From Actinomycetota bacterium (GTDB taxonomy: Bacteria > Actinomycetota > Actinomycetes > Streptomycetales > Streptomycetaceae): a DNA stretch of 64,000 nucleotides. The notes under the pieces are model-generated. The model saw only the letters and a program-made list of their open reading frames with translations, was not told the origin of the DNA and did no database searches. Both the position numbers and the translations under genes were made by a program. Location of the stretch: contig JBEHXI010000001.1 in NCBI GenBank assembly GCA_048498775.1, positions 48,485 through 112,484 on the forward strand. The letters are read 5' to 3'. Position 1 is the first letter of the stretch. Each line of letters opens with the position of its first letter. Positions 28,392 through 36,684 of the stretch are shown here, in pieces.

Positions 28392-29558
28392 ATGAGTCAG
28401 GCGTTCGGCAACTACCAGAACGAGATCTACCTTGAGGGGCTCGCGGGCGTCGTGCCCCGTTTCCCCCTGACCTACGCCGAGCTGGAGTCCGGGGCGCAGG
28501 CCGCGCTGCCGCCCTCGGTGTGTTCCTACGTCGCCGGGGGTGCCGGCGACGAGCACACCCAGCGGGCCAACGTCACCGCCTTCGAGCGCTGGGGGCTCAT
28601 CCCCCGGATGTTCGTCGGGGCCGCCCAGCGCGACCTGACCGTCGAGATGTTCGGGATGACGCTGCCGTCTCCGCTGTTCATGGCGCCGATCGGGGTGATC
28701 GGGCTGTGCGCCCAGGACGGGCACGGCGACCTGGCCACCGCGCGGGCCGCCGCCCGCACCGGCGTCCCGATGGTCGCCTCCACTCTGTCCGCCGATCCGC
28801 TGGAGGCCGTCGTCCCGGAACTCGGCGAGACCCCGGGGTTCTTCCAGCTGTACACGCCCACCGACCGGGAACTGGCCGAGAGCCTGGTGCGCCGCGCCGA
28901 GCAGGCCGGCTTCAAGGCCATCGTGGTCACCCTGGACACCTGGGTCACCGGCTGGCGTCCCCGCGACCTGGCGGCGGGCAACTTCCCCCAGCTGCGCGGG
29001 CACTGCCTGGCCAACTACACCAGTGACCCGGTCTTCCGCGCCGGGCTCCAGCGCACCCCCGAGGAGGACCCGCAGTCCGCGATACTGCGCTGGGTGCAGG
29101 TCTTCGGCAACCCGCTCACCTGGGACGACCTGCCGTGGCTGCGTTCGATCACCAGCCTGCCGCTGATCGTGAAGGGCCTGTGCCACCCGGAGGACGTCCG
29201 GCGCGCGAAGGACGGCGGCGTCGACGGGATCTACTGCTCCAACCACGGCGGCCGGCAGGCCAACGGCGGCCTTCCCGCGCTGGACGCCCTGCCCGGTGTG
29301 GTGGAGGCGGCCGACGGGCTTCCCGTGCTGTTCGACTCGGGCGTCCGCAGCGGCGCCGACATCGCCAAGGCGATCGCCCTGGGCGCCACCGCCGTCGGCG
29401 TCGGCCGCCCCTACGCGTACGGCCTGGCGCTCGGCGGCACGGACGGCGTCGTGCACGTCCTGCGGTCCCTGCTGGCCGAGTTCGACCTGCTCATGGCCGT
29501 CGACGGCTACCCCACCCTGGCGGACCTGACGGCGGAGGCGCTGCGCCGCGTGGGCTGA
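28392..29558 (+). CDS. FMN-dependent alpha-hydroxy-acid oxidase family (lactate 2-monooxygenase-like)
   Basis: 388 aa from [17 protein letters not shown] (GGAAGAGGG RBS). Motifs [46 protein letters not shown]. Confidence 0.88.
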   Translation: MSQAFGNYQNEIYLEGLAGVVPRFPLTYAELESGAQAALPPSVCSYVAGGAGDEHTQRANVTAFERWGLIPRMFVGAAQRDLTVEMFGMTLPSPLFMAPIGVIGLCAQDGHGDLATARAAARTGVPMVASTLSADPLEAVVPELGETPGFFQLYTPTDRELAESLVRRAEQAGFKAIVVTLDTWVTGWRPRDLAAGNFPQLRGHCLANYTSDPVFRAGLQRTPEEDPQSAILRWVQVFGNPLTWDDLPWLRSITSLPLIVKGLCHPEDVRRAKDGGVDGIYCSNHGGRQANGGLPALDALPGVVEAADGLPVLFDSGVRSGADIAKAIALGATAVGVGRPYAYGLALGGTDGVVHVLRSLLAEFDLLMAVDGYPTLADLTAEALRRVG

Positions 29559-29565
29559 GACGGCG

Positions 29566-29604
29566 ACCGCCCGGCCCGGCGCGCGAGGCGCCGGACCGGG
29601 CGGT
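29566..29604. terminator. bidirectional stem-loop between the FMN oxidase and lysin-lectin genes
   Basis: 17-bp stem ACCGCCCGGCCCGGCGC / GCGCCGGACCGGGCGGT with one mismatch and a 5-nt loop, 8 nt after the stop at 29558. Confidence 0.6.
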
Positions 29605-29611
29605 GCTCTTC

Positions 29612-29635
29612 AGTGCGGGAGTGCGGGAGTGCGGG
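29612..29635. repeat. octamer tandem repeat (AGTGCGGG)x3
   Basis: Three perfect head-to-tail copies, read directly, between the terminator hairpin and the stop codon of the lysin-lectin gene. Confidence 0.9.
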
Positions 29636-29641
29636 TCCGGT

Positions 29642-32470
29642 TCAGGGCACCTGGGTGTAGGTGCCGCTGGCCCACAGGTAGCCGCCGAGGCCGGGGCCGC
29701 CACCGCTCTTGTAGACCACCAGGTTCCCGTCGTCCTGCATGATCGCGTACGCGCCGGAGTGTCCGTAGGTGCCGGTGGACCACAGGGCGCCGCCGCTGCC
29801 GGGGCCGCCACCGCTCTTGTACACCACGAAGTTGCCGTCGCTCTGCATGTACGCGTACGCGCCCGAGTGGCCCGAGGTGCCGGACGACCAGATGGCCTTG
29901 CCGTCGCTGTTGCGGTACATCACCAGGTTGCCGTCGAGCTGGACCACCAGCCGGGTGTACTTCGCCTGCGTCCACCAACCGGCCCGCAGCCTGGTGCCCG
30001 AGCCGATGGTCTTCGACCGCGCGTAGGTGCCGCTGGACCACAGGCCGCCGCCGACGCCGGGGCCGCCACCGCTCTTGTAGACCACCAGGTTCCCGTCGTC
30101 CTGCACGGTGGCGTAGGCGCCGGAGTTGCCCCAGGTGCCGCTGGACCACAGCGCGCCGCCGCTGCCCGGCCCGCCCCCGCCGGCGTACACCACGAGGTTG
30201 CCGTCGCTCTGCATGTACGCGTACGCGCCCGAGTGGCCCGAGGTGTTGCTCGCCCAGATCGCGGGGCCCCGGCCGGTGCCGCCGGTCTTCAGGTACGCCA
30301 CCAGGTTGCCGTCGGTCTGCATGGTGAGCGTCACGGCCGAACTGCTCAGGCTGCGCCCGGGGATGAGGAACTGGCCGGACTGCATGGTGGTGCCGGACGC
30401 GGACGGCGCCACCGAGGCGACCACGTTCACATCGGCCGCGTTGACGTACGCCAGGCGGTGGTTGAAGCGGATCGGGTAGTACACCGTGTTGCCGCTGACC
30501 AGCGTGCGGTCGCCCGGCGCGCTGCCGTCGATGTTGACGGAGTTGTAGAAGTCGCCGTTCTCGGCGGTCCCGGCGGCGTACGACTGCCCGGCCGCGATGG
30601 TGTACTTCGACAGCGGGGTGACCGGCTGCGCGGTGATCGTGCTCGGGTAGGCGCTCGCCTCCGGGTAGGCCCGGCCGTAGACGGGGACCGACGACACGCC
30701 GTCCGGGACGGTGACGAGTGGCCGCGTACCGCGCTCGAGGGGGACGGTCCACCGCCCGCCCGGGTTGTTGAACCACGCCTTCTGGCCGCCGTACCAGATC
30801 GCCGTCCAGTCACCCTGCTGGGCGGCCACCACGAACTCCTGGCCGGCGGAGGCCTTGTCGCCCCAGTCGGCGCCGGCGGTGGTGCCCGCGCCGGAGGACC
30901 GCAGATACGGGTCGGACAGCAGCGCGTCGCTCGTCGACGGGCCGGTGCGCAGGTAGACGAAGTTCGCGGCCTGCGCGGTGGCGTTGTCGACGGGCGGCTC
31001 GTAGGAGGAGCTGAACGGCGGCGCGATGCGGACGAGTTCGCCCGCCTGGAGCGGCGCGCCGGCCGGGTTGCTGCCGATCGGGGCGCCGGCCAGCGCCATC
31101 AGGTGCGTCCAGTCCCAGAACGGCCCCGGGTCCCAGTGCATCCCGGCCACGTACGCGTCCAGCGGGCCGGGCACGTCGTCGTGGCCGATGACGTGCTCGC
31201 GGTCCAGCGGGATGCCGTACTTCGCGGCCAGGTACTTCACCAGCGCGGCCGACGACTCGTACTCCGACTCGGTGTACCAGCTCGCCCCGGATATCGCGTA
31301 GCCCTCGTGCTCGATGCCGATCGAGTGCATGTTGAGGAACTTGTTGCCCGCGTGCCAGGCGGTGTCCTTGTCCTGCACCATCTGCGTGACCAGCCCGTCG
31401 GAGGAGCGGATCACGTAGTGGGCGCTGGAGTAGGCGGTGGGGTCCTTGAACTGGTTGAGGGTGGCGTCGTAGCCGCTCTCGGTGTCGTGGATGACGATGT
31501 ACCGGATCGCCTCGCCGTCGGCGGGGCGGTCGGTGACGTCGTAGTTCCCGTACGAGCTCAGGTCGTTGGGATCCGTCTGGGCGTAGGCGGCGGGAACGAA
31601 GTCGCAGGTCAGGCCGGTCGGGCACTCGGGCGTCGGGGTCGTGGTGCCGGCCGCGGGGACGGCGTAGGCGGCCGGTGTGGCGGTGGCGAATCCGGCGGCC
31701 GCGGCCGTGGGCGACGCGCTCGCCGTCGTGGCCTTCGGCCGCAGCCCGGGCTGGGCGGGCAGCGTGACCTGCTGGCCGTCGGCGGTGGTGCGGCTGAGGC
31801 CGGTGCGCAGGTGCGCGAAGACACGCTGGGCGAACATCGCCGCGCCCCGGCCGTCGGGCGACTGGCTGAAGCGCTCGACGGCCGGGAACCACTGCGCCGG
31901 GTCCGCCGGCAGCGTCCCGGTCGCCTCACGCTCGTACTGCGCCAGCAGCGCGGCGCCGCCCCGGACGCTCTGCCTGTCCTGACCGCGCAGGTCGCTCGCC
32001 GGAGCGCCGATCAGCTTCGCCGCGGCCTCCAGGGTGTGCAGGGCGGGCGTGTCGGTCCGGACGGTGCCGACATCGGAGAGCACCCGCTGCGACGGGTGGA
32101 ACGATCCCCTGCGGTCGTCGCCGCGCAGGTTCAGCTCCGCCATGCGGTCCTTGAGCGAGGGCTTGCGCACATCGGCGGCGGAGACCTGGGTCAGGCCCAT
32201 GACGTTGTAGTTGCCGGTGGTGCTGGGCTGCCCGTCGTGGGTGTCCCAGCGGCTCTCCTGGTACGCCACCGCGAGCAGCACGCTCGCCGGGACGTGGAAC
32301 TCGTGGGCGGCCGCGGTGAACTCGCCCTGCAGCGCGTCCGATCGCGGCCCGTCCGGCTGCCCCGCCTCCGCCACCGCGGCGATCCCGGCGGCCACCACGG
32401 CAAGCGCGCCCGCGATCCCCAGTGACACCCGCAGATGCGATCTGCGGTGTTTGCGCTCTTTTCGGTTCAC
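29642..32470 (-). CDS. secreted multidomain cell-wall hydrolase: SLT-like, N-acetylmuramoyl-L-alanine amidase (amidase_2), SH3b-like region, two bulb-type (MMBL) lectin domains
   Basis: GTG start after GGAGGACGGGGAGCA. Signal/anchor LGIAGALAVVAAGIAAVAEA; AVAYQESRW. Amidase_2 blocks IRYIVIHDTES, AHYVI, WHAGN, IGIEHEG, HVIGHDDV. Six QxDxNxVxY motifs in the last 245 aa or so. Confidence 0.85.
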   Translation of the reverse strand: MNRKERKHRRSHLRVSLGIAGALAVVAAGIAAVAEAGQPDGPRSDALQGEFTAAAHEFHVPASVLLAVAYQESRWDTHDGQPSTTGNYNVMGLTQVSAADVRKPSLKDRMAELNLRGDDRRGSFHPSQRVLSDVGTVRTDTPALHTLEAAAKLIGAPASDLRGQDRQSVRGGAALLAQYEREATGTLPADPAQWFPAVERFSQSPDGRGAAMFAQRVFAHLRTGLSRTTADGQQVTLPAQPGLRPKATTASASPTAAAAGFATATPAAYAVPAAGTTTPTPECPTGLTCDFVPAAYAQTDPNDLSSYGNYDVTDRPADGEAIRYIVIHDTESGYDATLNQFKDPTAYSSAHYVIRSSDGLVTQMVQDKDTAWHAGNKFLNMHSIGIEHEGYAISGASWYTESEYESSAALVKYLAAKYGIPLDREHVIGHDDVPGPLDAYVAGMHWDPGPFWDWTHLMALAGAPIGSNPAGAPLQAGELVRIAPPFSSSYEPPVDNATAQAANFVYLRTGPSTSDALLSDPYLRSSGAGTTAGADWGDKASAGQEFVVAAQQGDWTAIWYGGQKAWFNNPGGRWTVPLERGTRPLVTVPDGVSSVPVYGRAYPEASAYPSTITAQPVTPLSKYTIAAGQSYAAGTAENGDFYNSVNIDGSAPGDRTLVSGNTVYYPIRFNHRLAYVNAADVNVVASVAPSASGTTMQSGQFLIPGRSLSSSAVTLTMQTDGNLVAYLKTGGTGRGPAIWASNTSGHSGAYAYMQSDGNLVVYAGGGGPGSGGALWSSGTWGNSGAYATVQDDGNLVVYKSGGGPGVGGGLWSSGTYARSKTIGSGTRLRAGWWTQAKYTRLVVQLDGNLVMYRNSDGKAIWSSGTSGHSGAYAYMQSDGNFVVYKSGGGPGSGGALWSTGTYGHSGAYAIMQDDGNLVVYKSGGGPGLGGYLWASGTYTQVP
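29657..30388 (-). repeat. two tandem 366-bp units (one MMBL lectin domain each) inside the lysin-lectin gene
   Basis: 29691-29739 is identical to 30057-30105, and 29831-29879 is identical to 30197-30245 (49 nt each, offset exactly 366 nt). Flanking sequence is similar but diverged. Confidence 0.85.
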
Positions 32471-32587
32471 TGCTCCCCGTCCTCCATGGCAGGTGCTCTG
32501 GATCACCCGGTGGGGGACGGGCAGGGGGACGCTAGCAGACGGTTGGGCACTGCACGGAACGGGTATCGGGTTCCGGCCGCACGGCAC

Positions 32588-32635
32588 GCCACGGGCGGTG
32601 GCGGCCACCGTGAAGGTGCCGCCACCGCCCGTGGC
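32588..32635 (-). terminator. strong stem-loop downstream of the hypothetical secreted-protein gene
   Basis: Perfect 18-bp stem GCCACGGGCGGTGGCGGC / GCCGCCACCGCCCGTGGC with a 12-nt loop, about 45 nt after the stop at 32680 and 118 nt before the lysin start. Confidence 0.6.
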
Positions 32636-32679
32636 GCGTCGCCGGTGCGGGTCTGCCCGAGGTCAGGGCCCCGCGCCGG

Positions 32680-33366
32680 TCACGGCTCGCTGAGCACGCG
32701 GACCGAGCCGACGGGGCTGCCGGTGGTGCGGGCCGCTTCGTCGCGTACCGCGGCCAGCGCCTGCGGGGTGAGCCTGGACGTCTCGATATGGATGTAGACG
32801 GTGCCGGCCTGCGGTTCGACGAACGCCTGCCCGCCGAACAGCCCGGACACCTCACGCGTCAGCGCCGACACATCACCCCGGGCCGCCGGCGAACCGGCCG
32901 CCACCGGGGCGAGGAGGGCCGCGCTGTACACCTCACGCGGCGCGAGGGCCGCACGCAGTTGGTGGGCCGTCGCGTCACGGGCGGCGCGGGCCCGGGCCGC
33001 GTCGGTGTTCCACAGCCGCAGCACGATGTGCGAGCGGTGCGGATCCTCCGCGCCGACCACCGTCCAGTTCCGGACGCCGGCCGCCTCCAGCGCGCGGTAG
33101 GCGGCGAACAGACGCCGCTGTCCCACGGCGGAGTGGTCGGCCGTGCCGAGGGTGAGGTCGTAGACGCGGTGCCGCAGCACCGCGGTATCCGGCGGATGGG
33201 TCCGGTCGGGTGACGGCGCGGCCGGCCGCGGGGCGCTCGCCGCGGAGGCGGGCATCGCCACGCTCGCCGTCGCGCCGGTGAGCAGTACCGAACCGGCCGC
33301 GGCCGACAGCGCCGTGCGCCTCATCAGGGAGGCGGTCCTGCGGGGTGCCTTGTGCCGGGGAGCCAT
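32680..33366 (-). CDS. hypothetical secreted protein
   Basis: ATG after GAAAGGGA. Signal-like N-terminus MRRTALSAAAGSVLLTGATASVAMPASA. High GC3. No family recognised. Confidence 0.6.
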   Translation of the reverse strand: MAPRHKAPRRTASLMRRTALSAAAGSVLLTGATASVAMPASAASAPRPAAPSPDRTHPPDTAVLRHRVYDLTLGTADHSAVGQRRLFAAYRALEAAGVRNWTVVGAEDPHRSHIVLRLWNTDAARARAARDATAHQLRAALAPREVYSAALLAPVAAGSPAARGDVSALTREVSGLFGGQAFVEPQAGTVYIHIETSRLTPQALAAVRDEAARTTGSPVGSVRVLSEP

Positions 33367-33582
33367 GCTGATCCCTTTCTCGAGTCGCCGGCGGGTGAAC
33401 CTCGCTCCTACCCGGGAACACCGGCCCCACACAAGGACATATCGTGATGAACACCTCAACCATCAGGGGCGGTTTTCGGCCATCGCAGGCTGTTACCGCA
33501 TTGTCGCCATGAGCGGACGCACGACGGGGCACCAGGCGGGCAGGGGGGCACCGCTCCCCGCCGATGGGAGGTTCCACCAAGC

Positions 33583-34266
33583 ATGACGCCCCGCTCCACG
33601 GACACCGCCGGTGCTCCGGCCCGGCCGACGCGCCGGGTGCCCTGGTACGTCGCCGTGCCGGTCACGCTCGCCGTCATCGCCGCCCTGTTCCTGGCGGCGG
33701 CCCGGTTCGACTGGCTGCCCGGGCTGCCGAACCCCTTCGCCGAGACGACACACGACCGCAGCGGCCCCGCCGTGCTGCGCTCCGTCCAGGACCTCAGCCG
33801 CTACGACGCGGCCGACGGCGATTTCCAGGTCGTCGTCGACCTCGACAAGGAAGCGCGTTTCCTGCCGTCGTTCCTGCTCGGCAACCGCACGCTCTACGTG
33901 GGGACCGGCACCGTCGAGTCGTATGTGGACCTCGGGCACCTCGACGCCCGCGGTGTCACCGTCTCCGCCGACCGCCGCTCGGCGACCCTGCGGCTGCCGC
34001 ACGCCCGGCTGGACCGCACCTCACTGGACCCGGCGCACTCCTATGTCTTCGCCCAGCAGCGCGGGTTCTTCGACCGCGTCGGATCCTTCTTCTCCGACAA
34101 TCCCGGTTCGCAACAGCAGTTGGAGGAACTGGCCGCGCAGCGGATCCAGGACGCGGCGCGGGCCGCGAAGCTCCAGCAGCGGGCCGAGCAGAACACCCGC
34201 GGCATGCTCCAGGGAATGCTGCACGCCCTGGGCTTCTCCACGGTGACCGTGGTGTTCTCCGGCTGA
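33583..34266 (+). CDS. DUF4230-like membrane-anchored protein
   Basis: 227 aa with a single N-terminal TM (WYVAVPVTLAVIAALFLAAA). The remainder resembles my recollection of DUF4230 (SVQDLSRY.AADGDFQVVVDL...GTGTVESYVDL). Confidence 0.7.
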   Translation: MTPRSTDTAGAPARPTRRVPWYVAVPVTLAVIAALFLAAARFDWLPGLPNPFAETTHDRSGPAVLRSVQDLSRYDAADGDFQVVVDLDKEARFLPSFLLGNRTLYVGTGTVESYVDLGHLDARGVTVSADRRSATLRLPHARLDRTSLDPAHSYVFAQQRGFFDRVGSFFSDNPGSQQQLEELAAQRIQDAARAAKLQQRAEQNTRGMLQGMLHALGFSTVTVVFSG

Positions 34267-34289
34267 ACACCTGACTTGGCAGCGGGAGT

Positions 34290-35195
34290 TCAGGCAGCGC
34301 GCGCCCTGGCGAGCTCCACGTTGAACTGCGCGCCCAGCAGCAGCGCCAGGTTGGACATCCACAACCACACCAGGAAGACCACGACACCCGACAGGGAACC
34401 GTACAGGCGCTGGTAGGTGCCGACATGGGCGGCGTAGACGGAGAAGCCGGCGGACGCGGCCAGCCACAGCAGCGCAGCCAGCGCACCGCCCGGCGCCATC
34501 CGGCGCAACCGCCGGGTCGGCGCCGGCCCGGTGCGGAACAGCACCAGGGCCAGCGCCACGGCCACCGCCAGCAGCGCCGGCCAGCGCAGCGCCTCCCAGG
34601 CCGCCGGCAGCGCACCGCCCAGATGCAGCAGCCGCCCCAGGACACGGGCGACCCCGCCGGTGGTGACCAGCACGAACGCGCTGGTCACCAGCAGGACGAT
34701 CACCACCAGCGCGGTCAGCACGATGCGCGGGGCGGTGCGCCACACCGGGCGGTGAGCGCTGACGCCGTTCATCGCGTGCAGGGCTCGCCGGAAGACACTC
34801 AGATAGCTGGAGCCGGACCACAGCGCCCCGGCCGTGCCGAAGGCCACGAGCACCCAGGCGTCGCTGCGCTGCCGGTCCATGTCCCGCAGGGTCTCGCCCA
34901 GCAGACCGCGCGAGGCGGCCGGGACGAGTCCGGTGATGTGCCCGATGGCGCTGGAGGCCGCGCCGGGCGCCGACAGGCCGAGCACCGACAGCAGCACCAG
35001 CAGCACCGGGAACAGCGCCAGGACCGCGTAGTACGTCAGGGCCGCGGCCCAGTCGGTGAGGTCCTCGTTCCAGGCGGTGACCGGGGTCTGCCGCAGCGCG
35101 GCCAGCCAGGTGCCCGCGGCGGCCGAAGGCCCGCCGGCTGTCTCGGACGCGGTCGGTGCGGCCAACGGCGGTACCTTTCGACTGAGTGCCTGCAC
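34290..35195 (-). CDS. YihY/BrkB (virulence factor BrkB / RNase BN-like) family membrane protein
   Basis: Motifs DLTDWAAALTYYAVLALFP, YGSLSGVVVFLVWLWMSNLALLLGAQFN; 6 TM segments. The start is uncertain (GTG 35195, or GTG/TTG 35174/35165). Confidence 0.78.
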   Translation of the reverse strand: MQALSRKVPPLAAPTASETAGGPSAAAGTWLAALRQTPVTAWNEDLTDWAAALTYYAVLALFPVLLVLLSVLGLSAPGAASSAIGHITGLVPAASRGLLGETLRDMDRQRSDAWVLVAFGTAGALWSGSSYLSVFRRALHAMNGVSAHRPVWRTAPRIVLTALVVIVLLVTSAFVLVTTGGVARVLGRLLHLGGALPAAWEALRWPALLAVAVALALVLFRTGPAPTRRLRRMAPGGALAALLWLAASAGFSVYAAHVGTYQRLYGSLSGVVVFLVWLWMSNLALLLGAQFNVELARARAA

Positions 35196-35289
35196 AGGTG
35201 AGTACCTGCACAGGGCCGTTACCCGGCCTTCCCCCGTCCACACCGGCGGTGCCGGCGGGGCGGCGGCGTGGGAAGGCCGGCCGCGGCGG

Positions 35290-35463
35290 TCAGTGCCGGA
35301 AGGCGTCCTTGACCTTCTCGACGGCCTGCTTGGCGTCACCCTTGACCTGGTCGGCCTTGCCCTCGGCGGTCAGGCGCTCGTTGCCGACCGTGCGGCCGGC
35401 GGCCTCCTTGGCCTTGCCCTTGAGCGACTCGCCGGTGTTCTTCGCCTTCTTCTCGGTGCTCAT
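35290..35463 (-). CDS. CsbD-family stress-response protein
   Basis: 57 aa, MSTEKKAKNTGESLKGKAKEAAGRTVGNERLTAEGKADQVKGDAKQAVEKVKDAF. AAGGAG RBS 6 nt upstream of the ATG. Confidence 0.85.
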   Translation of the reverse strand: MSTEKKAKNTGESLKGKAKEAAGRTVGNERLTAEGKADQVKGDAKQAVEKVKDAFRH

Positions 35464-35672
35464 CGTGTGCTCCTTGTCATCCTCGTGGTCATCCCCGTGG
35501 TCCTCGTGGTCCTGAAGTCCTCCGGAAGGGGTGTTGTGCGCCTGCCCCGCCACGGGGGCGCGATGCTCCTCCATCGGGATGAGTTCGCCGCCACCCCGCC
35601 AGGGGATCTCTGACACCATGAGTGCCCGGCCGGGGTGTTGACCGGTCCTGGGCAGACGGCGAGGGAGACCGG

Positions 35673-36452
35673 GTGGCCGAGCAGGTACGCGTCGAGGACA
35701 GCGGAGCCGTCCGCACCGTCATCCTGTCCCGCCCGGCGGCCCGCAACGCCGTCGACGGCCCGACCGCGGCGGCCCTCGCCGAGGCGTTCGCGGACTTCGA
35801 CGCCGACGACAGCGCCGCGGTGGCCGTGCTGTGGGGTGAGGGCGGCACCTTCTGCGCCGGAGCGGACCTCAAGGCCGTCGGCACCGGGCGCGGCAACCGG
35901 CTCGACGCGACGGGCGACGGCCCGATGGGGCCGACCCGCATGCGGCTCGGCAAACCCGTCATCGCCGCGATCGCCGGGCACGCGGTCGCCGGCGGACTGG
36001 AACTCGCGCTCTGGTGCGACCTGCGGGTCGCCGCTGAGGACGCGGTGTTCGGCGTCTTCTGCCGCCGCTGGGGCGTGCCGCTCATCGACGGCGGCACGGT
36101 GCGGCTGCCCCGGCTGGTGGGCACCAGCGTGGCCATGGACATGGTCCTCACCGGGCGCCCGGTGGACGCCGCCGAGGCCCACCGCGTCGGCCTGGTCAAC
36201 CGTCTGGTCTCGGTGGGCACCGAACGCGAGGCCGCCGAGGAACTGGCCGCCGGCCTGACCCGCTTCCCGCAGACCTGCCTGCGCAACGACCGGCTCTCGC
36301 TGCTGGAGCAGGACGGCCTGGGCGAGGCCGAGGCGATGGCCGGCGAATGGCGGCACGGCCAGGTCTCCCTCGCCGCCGACACCCGGGCGGGCGCCGCCCG
36401 GTTCGCCACCGGGGCCGGCCGCGGCGGCTCCTTCGACGACCTGGGTGAATAG
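35673..36452 (+). CDS. enoyl-CoA hydratase/isomerase (crotonase) family protein
   Basis: GTG after GAGGGAG. Motifs RNAVD, FCAGADLKA, AIAGHAVAGGLELALWCDLRVA. Confidence 0.88.
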   Translation: MAEQVRVEDSGAVRTVILSRPAARNAVDGPTAAALAEAFADFDADDSAAVAVLWGEGGTFCAGADLKAVGTGRGNRLDATGDGPMGPTRMRLGKPVIAAIAGHAVAGGLELALWCDLRVAAEDAVFGVFCRRWGVPLIDGGTVRLPRLVGTSVAMDMVLTGRPVDAAEAHRVGLVNRLVSVGTEREAAEELAAGLTRFPQTCLRNDRLSLLEQDGLGEAEAMAGEWRHGQVSLAADTRAGAARFATGAGRGGSFDDLGE

Positions 36453-36494
36453 CGGGGTCCCACGGCCGCCGTGGATCGGGCAGACTCTGCGGCC

Positions 36495-36677
36495 ATGACC
36501 TCCTCTTCCCGCCGCCCGCTGGGTCAGGGGCCGACGCCCGTCCCCGTCACCGCGCCTCGTGGGCCGCGCCCGTTGCCGGCCGAGCTGGCCGCCGCGGTCA
36601 CCCGCGACCCTTCCCTCCCCGACCAGGAGCCCGACGAGGCGCCGCAGCGGCGCCAGTTGGGCACCGGCATCGGCTGA
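36495..36677 (+). CDS. possible small Pro-rich hypothetical protein
   Basis: 60 codons with GC3 of about 92% by hand count. No convincing RBS, no homology recognised. Alternative GTG start at 36471. Confidence 0.3.
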   Translation: MTSSSRRPLGQGPTPVPVTAPRGPRPLPAELAAAVTRDPSLPDQEPDEAPQRRQLGTGIG

Positions 36678-36684
36678 CGGGCCG

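Noticed and set aside
29612-29635. CRISPR array or REP-type element.
   Set aside because: There are only three contiguous 8-nt units with no spacers. No other direct-repeat array or cas gene is seen in the window.
29135-32425. Very long ORFs: 1096 aa here, plus 47940-51488 (1182 aa), 54450-57590 (1046 aa), 2322-5015 (897 aa), 22746-25124 (792 aa) and 42054-44177 (707 aa).
   Set aside because: Their translations are Arg/Gly/Pro/Ala/His-rich low-complexity sequence with no motifs. They run antisense to, or out of frame with, genes that have clear family signatures. These are typical shadow ORFs of 72% GC DNA.
32471-32679. A second ydaO/c-di-AMP riboswitch upstream of the lysin-lectin gene.
   Set aside because: I read the minus-strand leader. 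It lacks GGGGUGAAUC and the ACAGCU...GUA.GCG block. Only a terminator-like 18-bp hairpin and a small CGGAAC/GTTCCG hairpin are present.
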